From Callorhinchus milii (lineage: Eukaryota), in contig NW_024704743.1 of the NCBI RefSeq assembly GCF_018977255.1, positions 83,268,001 through 83,332,000 of the forward strand: DNA of 64,000 nt. Reading direction: 5' to 3'. Positions 1 to 9,942 of this stretch are shown here, piece by piece. Position numbers and translations under genes: made by a program. The notes under the pieces were generated by a model. That model saw nothing but the letters and a program-made list of their open reading frames with translations, did no database searches and was not told the DNA's origin. How positions within the stretch are numbered: the stretch's first letter is position 1; each line of letters begins with the position of its first letter.

Positions 1-9
1 TCAGTAAAC

Positions 10-448
10 ATTTTGCTCTCATCAATGCAGGGAACACCGGTACTGGAGAATGGACCGTGTTTCCATCTGGAGTATCGGGTGTCAGCACCAAATGGTTTCA
101 GGTCAGTTATAGCACGAACAAGCGAAGAGCAAAGCTCTCTCTCTCTGCTCTGCTGCAGCAATGTGCTTGCTTTCATCCCAGTCTTAGAGGAGCACCTCTA
201 TTGCACTCCCATTGCTCAGCGACATGTTGATTTCTCACATCAACTCTCTGAGTGATTTGTGGCAGATTATATGCCATTTTGCACGTACCTTCACCCAGGA
301 CTTGTGTTGAAAATGCCCATCTCATTTCACAGAGGTGCCTGACAGCCAGCACAGAGGAAGCTTTCATCCCATCATTCTGGATCCCATCATTTGAACCCAG
401 GTCGCAGAGATGACCAGACTATGTGCCAGCCCGCTATACCACCCAGCC
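10..448 (-). mobile_element. LF-SINE-like SINE, near full length
   Basis: The minus strand has a tRNA-like head (GGTGGTATAGCGG...GACCTGGGTTCAAAT), then TGATGGGATGAAAG...CTGTGAAATGAGATGGG, and ends TGCTATAACTGACCTG...GGTGCTGACAC...TTGATGAGAGCAAAAT. This matches the LF-SINE-type layout as I remember it. Confidence 0.6.
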
Positions 449-876
449 AGTCCAATTAATTTTAAGTGAACTTAAAGCTGATGCTTTTCATTTTGGCGTT
501 GCTCACACTCCAGCCTGTCAATCATGATGCCGTCTATGTCAAGGGATCACAAAAAACATTATTTTAATCTTTTAACCCAAATGTAGCTTCACGTTCCAAA
601 TATCTTCATGTTCCAAATATCTGGGCCAACCTCTTCAACAAAAATTCTCTGAAGCAGCACCAGCTTCAAAGAACATCAAATATTTTAAAAATCCACCTTT
701 TTGTATGATTGAAGCAGCAATTTTTTATAAACTTTTTTTTAATGATTAATAAGTGAACCTGTGCCAGTGTTTGCTTGCCCACATTCTGTGCTAGTGATCA
801 GATGGTCACTGGATCGCAACAAAGGTTCAGATGGACAGGGTCCTTTGACTTTGAATTTCATCGTTCCAGAATTCAG

Positions 877-1095
877 GTGTCAGCCTGGCTCAGTTGGTAG
901 CACTCTTGACTCTGAGTCAGATGTTTGTGGGTTCAAGCCATACATCAGGACTTTGAACTCATATAATCTAGGCTAACGTGTCAGTGGGGGAAGCACTGCA
1001 TTTTCGGAGGTCCTTTGGATGAGATGTTAAATAGAGAACCCATCTGCCTGTACAGGTGTATATTAAAGATCCCATGACATTATTTGAAAAATAAG
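877..1095 (+). mobile_element. Deu-domain SINE (SacSINE1-like), 5' half
   Basis: A box TGGCTCAGTTGG and B box GGTTCAAGCC, followed by the Deu core GCACTGCATTTTCGGAGGT...GGATGAGATGTTAAA...AAAGATCCCATGACATTATTTGAA. Confidence 0.8.
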
Positions 1096-1754
1096 CAGTA
1101 GGGTAACAGTGGCACAGCTCAGAGCAGATAAAAGAGTACTGAATTCCTTACTCTGCTATGATCTGTGCCAGTATTACCCTACTCCTCAGCCTACCCCCCC
1201 AGCTTGAGCCAGCATTGAGCTAGTATAGCTTAATGAGGAATCAGAGTCCTGCAAATGGGAACTTTGATGGGTAAGCATGTCAGAGCTGGAGTCTTGGTTG
1301 CTGCGAATATATGAGTCTTAGTGAATATCCTATCTGTAAAATACTAAAAGATAATGTGTCAATTTCATGGGATTTCTTACTGGAATTTCTTATTTAAGAA
1401 ATTTAAAGCCATGGCGCTGTTTGTAGGAAGGTTGTTAGAACTTGACCTTTTTCAGAGTAGGCTTCCCATGAGTCAGCATGACACGTGTGATGTACGTCCG
1501 GTTACCAGGAGGAATTCCCACTAGCCATTAAGAAACACCACAAAATTGACTGTGAGGATAAAAGAAGATAAACAGGCTCTTTTAATTGAACTGCAATAAA
1601 CTGGGGGATACAAATACAAAAAACAATGGTCTCGGATCAACTATATATGAGAAGAAATATACTTTCTTGCACAAAATAAAGTGGAAGCTCCTTCAGAATT
1701 GAGCCGGGTAGTTACCTGGTTACGAATGATTTGAATTTTGGAAGGATCAATCGA

Positions 1755-2107
1755 TAATAATGAATAATAATCCTTGCATTTAATATAGGGTTTTATCACG
1801 TTTTTCAGACGTCTCAAAGCGCTTCACAGAATATATTGTAACTGTGTATTTGTAGGCGAAACGCGGCAGCCAATTGCGCATAGCAGTGTCCCACAAACAG
1901 TTGTGGATTGAGAGACCAGTTTTTTTAAAAGATTATTAGCACTGGAAATACGATCCACCAATCGATTAACAACCTGATTCCTACTTACTGCTAGGTAAAG
2001 AGAGGAGTGTGGAGTAAGGAAACTTGCCTAACATTGCGCCTTGCCCGGGAATCAAACCCACGTCCTCTTGCGAGGCGAGTGCTCTAACTATTGAGTTACA
2101 GACAGCC
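1755..2107 (-). mobile_element. Young tRNA-derived SINE, long subtype
   Basis: Collinear with the copies at 5315, 33612 and 53766. (ATT)n tail. Flanked by ATCAATCGA (1746-1754) and ATCAATAGA (2108-2116), a probable TSD. Confidence 0.9.
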
Positions 2108-2660
2108 ATCAATAGAGACAGAGATAGCTGGCCCAATCTATAAAGCTTAAATCGGAGCTGGGGAGATTGCGAATTTTTGCAGATCTTTCCAGATAACTGC
2201 ATTTAAAATAGTTATGCGTGTAAAAAATTGAACCTTAAAAAGCCATTCTTGCTTCCAGAATTTAAAACACAAAATACCTTGTTTCTAATTTTTAGAAAAT
2301 ATGGCAGCTGGACAGTGTCAAATGAGCTGGCGAGAAAAAACATTCTTCAGCCACTGGAGGGGTTGTTCAATCCCGCAAGCAGTCGTCAAGACTGGACACA
2401 GAGGATCACAAATCCTGCCCTTGTGATACTCATCATTTTCACTTACTGCAAATGTCACCCCACCTCCATGATAGTTAGCGGCCGGACAGAAAATGGTGTT
2501 GACAGACGTTGTTTAAGAAGACTGTTGCTGGCCGGCAGGTTCTGTCCTCATTTTCTGAAGGAAAATAAACAGGGACAAAGAGACACCTGTGTGGAAGATA
2601 GAAAGGCAACAAACTTACACCTAAAACAAACTTACCCCCCCCCCCCACCCGCGCCCCCAT

Positions 2661-2706
2661 CACACAGACACTCACACACACACACACATACACAAACATA
2701 CACACT
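2661..2706. repeat. Imperfect (CA)n microsatellite
   Basis: cacacagacactcacacacacacacatacacaaacatacacac. Confidence 0.85.
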
Positions 2707-2999
2707 CATTCCAATGGTATAGAATACAATTTATATTTATATAATGCCATTCACGTAGGGTAGGCGTCTTCACATAGGGTGGGGGGAATGATTACCAAAA
2801 GATTACCAAAAGTGGAGTTGAAGAGGTAAGTCCTAAAGTAGGCTTTAATGGGAAGGGGAGGGAAGGAGGGGGCGAATCTGAATAATATGCAATAAAACAC
2901 TGCAGTAAGTGGTGCTATTTTAAGACTTGAGGTCAGGATGTAATGGAAGTTCAAGTTGCAGGACTGCCACTCTACACATGTCTGAATCTTATCAGTTCA

Positions 3000-3260
3000 T
3001 AACCCGCTATCGCAGAAACTGAAAGGGAAAAATACTGTAACCATTCAAAACTCCACCACCCATATCCCTCATCCGCATCAAACTCTTCATGTCCATCGTC
3101 CCAGTACTTGCCAGGTCCACTGACTCCCCATCTCCAAAGGGATCGTTTCAAGATCTTCACCCTTACATACAAATCCCTTCAAACCCTAGCACCTCTCCTC
3201 CTCTCTTTCCTTGCTCAGGGTCCAAGCTCGCCATTGTGCGGGGCTCGGAGATGCTTACCT
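3000..3260 (+). mobile_element. Decayed L2 ORF2 3' fragment
   Basis: Remnant of the 'PVLARLHWLPI...FKI.TLTYK.L' segment, resembling the L2 at 9943-10833. Confidence 0.6.
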
Positions 3261-3291
3261 GCTTGGAGGTATTAATATTAATAACATCAAC

Positions 3292-3425
3292 AACAACAAC
3301 AATTTAGATTTATATAGCGCCCTCCATGCCGGACAGCGTCTCAGAGCGCTTTACAGTTTCGGATCCTGGGACCGAGCCAGGGGGAGGGGGGGGAAGGTGA
3401 CCAAAGGCGCAGTCGAAAAGAAAGG
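3292..3425 (-). mobile_element. L2 LINE 3' tail
   Basis: (CAA)n followed by TTTATATAGCGCCCTCCATGCCGGACAGCGTCTCAGAGCGCTTTACA. Same subtype as 27982-28198. Confidence 0.8.
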
Positions 3426-3544
3426 TGCACGTTGTTGTAAAGAAAATGGGGGAGGAAACAACTGTAGAAAAGTGTTTACCTTAATATCTGTATATCAATT
3501 GTTTACTTCTGCCTTATGGTTTCAGTATATTTTTAAAGTCAGAC

Positions 3545-4008
3545 CACCACCACCCTCACCCCCAACCTCACCCCTGCACCCACCCCCACCCTCACCCCCA
3601 CCCTAAACCACCCTCACCGTCACCCTCATCCCCGCACCCACCCCTACCCTCACCCACAACCCCACCCTCACCCCCGCCCTCACCCCCACCCTAACCCCAC
3701 CTTCACCCCCGCCCTCACCCCAGTAACCACCGTCAACCCCGCCCTCACCCCCACCCTCACCCCCACTCTCACCACCGCCCTCACCCCCACCCTCACCCTG
3801 CCCTCACTCCCACCCTCATTCCCGACCCACCTCCACCCACACCCCCACCCTCACCCCCACCCTCAACCCAGCCCCACCCCCACCCTCACCCCCGCCCTCA
3901 CCTCCAACTCCACCCTCACCCCTGCCCCACCCCCGCCCTCACCTCCAACCCCACCCTCTCCCCCGCCCCACCCTCACCCTCACCCCTGCCCCACCCCCAC
4001 CCCCACCC
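3545..4008. repeat. C-rich degenerate minisatellite, (CCCTCA/CCCCCA)n
   Basis: About 460 bp of alternating hexamers with an approximate unit CCCCCACCCTCA and occasional CCCTAA. Confidence 0.95.
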
Positions 4009-4679
4009 ATACATAGGATGAACATGAAGAATTTTTGCTGCTATTTCCCAGCAAGTTTACCAAAGGTAGCAGCCAGGTACATGCTTTTCTGCTGGATGGT
4101 AAATGTACTGACCTTGGTGGTGTCTTACAAAAGGGAGATACAATTATATGCTCAAATAGCCAAGGTAGGTACATTTACAGACCAGTGAAGGTTCATTGTC
4201 AATATTGATTTTACAGGAATTGGACTGCAAGGTTTTTGTTTTAAAACTAATGGCTTTGTGGGCGGGTTGGATGTTACTCTGATCACGATGCAGGGTTAAC
4301 ATTACTGGGCCTGTGACGTTCACAACAGTGCCTAGGTCAAATACCTACATTCCCCCCCCCACCACCACCCCATCCACGAGACACTATCCTGCCTGAAGGG
4401 CGCTATGTAAATGGAAGTTGTTGTTATTGTTTTCTCACTGCCTATTACATAGAATCACAAAATAAATCAAATTTGGCTTTCATGCCTATGCTGGCTTTCT
4501 GAAAGAGCAATCTGCATAGTTGCATTCATGTGTCTTGTCTTTTCCTCCTGTGCTTTAAATTTCTCAGTTTCATGGAGGGTGGTTGAGACCAGGACACTGG
4601 TGCAGCAAGTTACGGTTTGTAAATAATATTTGTGTTCGATATAACACCTATAACAATGTAAATTGCAAAACAATGCAAA

Positions 4680-5015
4680 TAATTCACTGTAGAGTGTAAG
4701 CATTGTGTATTTGTAGGTAAATGATGTAGATAATTGGCACACAAACTGCCCTGAAGTGAGTGACCAATTTTTATCTGGAGCATTATTGGCCATGAACACC
4801 AGGAAAAAATCCCCTCTCTTTTCAAATAGCTTGTTGGTATCTTTGATGTCCAACTAAAAAGCAGGACGTACGTTTAATGCTTCATCCGAGGGACAGCACC
4901 TCTGCCAATACAGCATCCACCATCACGGCACTGGAGTGACAGCCTGCATTAAGAGTTTTGAGTACCGATGTGGGTCTGTGAAACACACAACTGTCTAGCA
5001 CAGAGGAGAGAAATG
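4680..5015 (-). mobile_element. Old Deu-domain SINE
   Basis: CTCTTTTCAAATAG...ATCTTTGATGTCCA...TCATCCGAGGGACAGCACCTCTG...CACTGGAGTGACAGCC is the reverse complement of the Deu core. Confidence 0.7.
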
Positions 5016-5314
5016 TTTTCATCCCCATTGTATTATTCTCCGTTGTTATTTATTGTGTCTTGGGGAGTGGGGGAGTTTAAAGTGTAGTGTAACTAAAACA
5101 TAGGGCGCCCATTACGGCCCAAAATGTCCTTTAGCCTTCAACGAGTTCATTTGTTACAACCAATAGCACTTTCCTCCCACTTACTATAGTTATTGTACAC
5201 TAGTATTTTAACTTGCTAGTCACATGTCTGGTATACACAGAAGTTTCTTTTCTAAGAATTAATAATCGGGGGAAAGAATGCGGAAACACACCGGGAAATA
5301 TAATTCCAAAGAAA

Positions 5315-5707
5315 TGCGGAATCCTGCAGCTTAGTGGTTAGTGGTTAGAGCACTCGCCTCGCAAGCGGGAGGACTTGGGTTCTTTTCCCAGCAGGGCAAA
5401 ACGATGGGCAAGTTTTATTACTCCACACACCTCTGTATATCTAGCAGCGAGTGGGAACCCGGTTGTTAGTCAATTGGCAGATCGCTTTTCTTGGGGTAAT
5501 AATTCCTTCAAAATAAATGTAAAAAAATTATTTGGTCACTGAATCCACGACTGTTTGTGGGACACTGCTGTGCGCAATTGGCTACCGCGTTTCGCTCACA
5601 AAATGTACAGTCAATTCACTTTATAGTATATTCTATGAAGCGCTTTGAGACATCTCAAAGACGTGATAAGGTGCTACATCAAATGCAAAGATGATTATTA
5701 TTATTAT
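5315..5707 (+). mobile_element. Young tRNA-derived SINE, long subtype
   Basis: tRNA head with a small AGTGGTT duplication, GGGCAAGTT...CTCCACAC, the internal long-subtype segment, and tail ATCAAATGCAAAGATG(ATT)n. Confidence 0.9.
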
Positions 5708-6700
5708 AAATGGGTATGAAGCACAGCTGCATTTGGGAGTAGAATATGCACGGCACAATATTTGTAAACGCTGCAATTAAAACAAAAAAATAAACTTACA
5801 AGTTATACCAGCTCGTTCAGTACTAAAAGAGGGTTAATTGCATATCAACCAAGCACTCTGCTCACTTTGAAATTTCCCCTGCCGATAGAAAAGTCTAATG
5901 AAAGCCCTGGAGTATACAAGAGCATTTTGAAAACACAATGTGTGGCTGCTGTGAATCATCGTTCACCGCAGGAGGACAAAGATTTGCATTCTGGGAATAG
6001 TGTGTGGTGGCTTTCTCGTGTTTGTTTCTTATTCTCCACATATTAGAGGGTTGTTTCATCTCTAATATTTTGATTCTGTCAAACATGGGCTGAATTTTTG
6101 AGTGTTTGCCATGTCGATTGTTTTGAAGTGTGTCCCCAGCATTTGTTGCGGTGTTGATTTTTTTTTTACCTTTCTTTGTAAAACGATCACAGTGCAGATC
6201 AAGTGCCGTAAATGTCTGAACGATTTAAATGCAAAGGTTAGTCATGCCTCCAATCTTCCCTTCTTATTAGAATGGAGACCATCAGCTATGAGCCAAGATA
6301 ATCCAAAGATCATTATAACAATAATCCTTACATTTGATACAGTGCCTTATTACGTCATCGAGACGTCTCAAAGCGCTTTATTTGATATATCTACTGTGAA
6401 GTGGTGTGACGGTGAGTTTGTGCGAATAAGGTAGCCACAACAATGTCCAAATGTGAAATCAATGACCAGTTTTATAGTTCATATCTCAAGTCTGTTAATA
6501 TTTGCATTTTTGCTCAATGATGGGACCCGAATTTGACTTTTTGAAAATATTTCATAAGATTGGAGTTTGTTTATATGCACTATTTATGGATGGGAGTGTT
6601 GCTGAATATATATCCTTCTAAGTTTAAAGTTATCAATTTAATTCCCTCCATGGCCCGAGCGTTTATGACTTTTTTTTCTGAAATAGAACTTCCAGGTTTT

Positions 6701-7007
6701 ATAGTAATAATAATCCTTGCAATTGATATAGCACTTTTATGTCTTCTAGACGTCTCAAAGCGCTTCACAGAAAAGACTGTAAAGTGAATTGACTGTATAT
6801 TTGTGGGCGAAATGCGGCAGCCAATTGTGCACAGCAATGTGCCACAAACAGTCGTGGATTGAAATGACCGTTTTATTATTTTTTTGAGGGATTATTATCA
6901 GGTGTGTGGAGAAAGGAAAGTTGCCCAAGGTTTCACCCTGCCAGGAATCGAACCTTGGTCTCGCTTGCAAAGCGAGTGCTCTACCCACTGAGCTACAGGA
7001 CTCCAAC
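6701..7007 (-). mobile_element. Young tRNA-derived SINE, short subtype
   Basis: Full-length reverse complement of the copy at 7018-7336. Confidence 0.92.
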
Positions 7008-7017
7008 ATATATTTAC

Positions 7018-7336
7018 GTGGAGTCCTGCAGCTCAGTGGTTAGAGCACTCGCTTTGCAAGTGAGAGACCTGAGTTTAATTCCAGGCAGGGCGAAACCTTG
7101 GGCAAGTTTCCTTACTCCACACGCCTAATAATAATCCCTCCAAAACCAAAAACAATAATAAATTGGTCATTTTCAATCTACGACTGTTTGTGGGACATTG
7201 CTGTGCGCAATTGGCTGCCGCGTTTGCCCACAAATATACAGTCAATTCACTTTACAGTGTGTTCTGTGAAGCGCTTTGGGACGTCTTCCCGACGTGAAAA
7301 GCGCTATATCAAATGCAAGGATAATTATTATTATTA
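7018..7336 (+). mobile_element. Young tRNA-derived SINE, short subtype
   Basis: GTGGAGTCCTGCAGCTCAGTGGTTAGAGCACTCGCTTTGCAAG head through to the GCGCTATATCAAATGCAAGGATA(ATT)n tail. Confidence 0.92.
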
Positions 7337-7344
7337 CAAATATT

Positions 7345-7515
7345 ATAGAATTAGATAGAATGATATGCCACCAAAACAGACCATTCAGTCCCACTGGTCT
7401 ATGCTGGTGTTTATACTCCACACTAGCCTCCATCCCATCTTATCCCTTCTCCTATATCCCTCTATTTCCCTATTCCTTATGTACATATTGAGTTTCCTCT
7501 TAAATCCATTGTTGC
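7345..7515 (-). mobile_element. CR1-type LINE 3' tail fragment
   Basis: ATAGAA repeats followed by CAGACCATTCAGTCCCACTGGTCTATGCTGGTGTTTAT. Similar to 8261-8474 and 37395-37545. Confidence 0.65.
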
Positions 7516-7865
7516 TTTTTGCTCACACAAGTAAGAGGGGTATGAAGTATACATGTATAGTACAGTATAAATCAAAACAGACTCAAGCAAAATTACCCCA
7601 AAGACACGATTGCAACAATTTATATTTTTGTAACACCTTTACATAAAGGAAACATTTTGAAGTATTTTAAAGACTGAGATTTATTAGAAATGAAGTGGAT
7701 GTTATGTAGGCAAACGAGAAAGCCAATATGGGTCAGCAATTTCCCACAAACACCAAAGAAATTAAACTAAATGGAATTTGGATTAGGAAGGAATATTGGC
7801 AAAGGATGCTTTACATTTAAAGGGATTTTACAGTATTTTATATTTTTAAAGATACTCAAGATGAT

Positions 7866-8690
7866 GTTAATGACCTGGATTCACAGACCCATTGTAAAAG
7901 CAAATTACATTTGCACTGACACCAAGTTGGGAGGGAACTGTGGAGGCAGAAAAGGTCATTCAAAGAGAGTTTGATAGGGTATAAACATGGGCTGATGACT
8001 GACAAATGAGGTTCAGTGTAGAAAATGTAATGCAATTTCCTATTCTTATTTCCCCAATGCAGTACATTCCCCAATGTACTGCATAGGGGAAATAAGAATA
8101 GGAAACACATGTATCTTATGGATGCGATTGTATAGAATTTGCCAAGGGTGCAGCTGAAAGAGATCTGGGGGTGTTAGTTGACTTGTCGCTCACTGTGTCA
8201 AATCAGTCTGAGGCAGTTATAAACCAAGCAAACTGGATGCTGGGCTATATTGCCAAATCACATAGATTTAAAGCACAGAAACAGGCCATTTGGCTCAACC
8301 AGTCTGTGCCAGTGTTTATACACCATGTGAGTCTCCACCCACTCCTTGCACCCTCCATACACTTCTATTCATTTCTCCCTCATGTGAAAGTCTAGGTTTC
8401 TCTTAAATGTATCTGTATTATCTGATTTAATCATTGCTTCAGGCAGAGAGTTCCACATTTGCGCTGCCTTCACTAAATCAGTTAAATTCAGATCCCCAGA
8501 ATTCATACTCAGACTGTGCAGTACTATGATCAGGCGTGCTGCAGAACGCTGCATACAATTCTGGTCATTGCTACATAAGATGTTGGTCCAAGCCCTAGAG
8601 ACAGCACAGAGGAGAGCAGCGAGGATGATCCCCAGCACTGGAGGAATGGGCTACGAGGAACAATTAGACATGCTAGGGCTCTTCAGCCTA
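7866..8690 (+). mobile_element. Decayed CR1 ORF2 (RT) fragment, split by a nested insertion
   Basis: Remnant peptides NDLD, DTKLGG, RDLGVLVD, VINQANWMLGYIAKS and CIQFWS, with multiple frameshifts. Confidence 0.8.
8261..8474 (-). mobile_element. CR1 3' end nested inside an older CR1
   Basis: CR1 tail (ACAGAAACAGGCCATTTGGC...GAGTTCCACA) flanked by AAATCA at 8255-8260 and 8475-8480. Confidence 0.8.
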
Positions 8691-9942
8691 TAATATTTGT
8701 TTGTTTCTTTCTCCAATGCGTCAGCCAATTGTTTGCACGCTCCAAGATGCTACCTCGTGTGACGGGCACTGTATAAATGCAAGTGTTGTTGCTTTACAAT
8801 TTGCTCAATCCCAAGTGGGAATTCCTGCCAGTTTCTCAGATCTCTTTTTGTAAATTGCTGGCCCAGCAAAAACACAGGAGTTCATCCCCTTGCAAGAATT
8901 TGAGCTAGTTGCAGATACACGGTGCTAAACACACAATCTTGAGTAAGACTGAATTAAAATACAGGTTCTTTGGTGAAAGGGTAATTTAAAAAGTTTGTTT
9001 AGTGGCCTTTAATCCACTCAAATTGTGACCTTATTAGCAGAAATTTGCATGCAAAGGAGACAGTCTGTAAAGCTTCAGATGAAATGAGGTTAATTGGAGT
9101 CAATTTTTATTCTTGGTCAGACCTCTGGAAAGTTACCACTGAACATCCAGCCAGGGGAAGTGTATTATAAAATACTGAGGAGCAACACCGCTACTCTGAC
9201 ACTTACTGATGGCCAACAATTTCAGTGTTTTATTTTGTGTAATCCATTAATTCCCTCTGAGAGCCCAGTCCTCTAACACTGCCAGGCTACAGAGGTTCAG
9301 AGTCATTGTTCATTCCAGGTTACTTGTCAACACTGAAGTGATCTGCAGGTTGACAGGTCCAAGGAATCCTGCCTGACCTCTCACTCGGTGCCTGATCTGG
9401 GGGCTAGGATATACATAGGCTCACCAACCTGTTTTGCAACCCTTGATTTTTTTAGCCCCATTTGAAGATTTCAAAGCTATTTGTTTTTATTTATATTATT
9501 TAAGAAAGCCCTACGACTCTATCACTTGAGCTGCAAACTTACAGCTAGGCGATTTGGGTTAAAATCTTACTGATTTACTAAAACCCTACATCATCTCTAT
9601 CCTTCTCCCTCCATCATTTTTTTTCTCCTCCAGTTTTCTCCCTGTCTTTTCTCCTGAAGGTTCGCCCACAAAACACAGTCACTGCACTTTACAGTATGTC
9701 AAGATCCTTACACTTACTTACAAATCAATTAATGTCCCAGCACCTCCTTATCTCTCCAATCTGCTTATAACCCACTTAGCTACCCATTCCTTTCGCTCAG
9801 CTGGTAAAATTCAATCGCGGGTTACAGTTAAAGATTTTCTTCCAAATTTCAACCTGATTTCAGCTCCAGGATTTCAGCCTCAGTACAAAATAAGCGATCA
9901 TGCGGTTTTGCAGGTGTAGATATGCAGTATTTTACTCGATCA

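Noticed and set aside
2228..2722. 164-aa ORF
   Set aside because: Non-ATG start, no recognisable domain, and it runs through poly-C and a CA microsatellite.
7021..7095. tRNA-Ala-like cloverleafs with TGC or CGC anticodon loops, here and at 5318, 33615, 40576, 52803 and 53767
   Set aside because: Each continues directly into a SINE body and tail and carries stem or B-box mutations. They are SINE heads, not tRNA genes.
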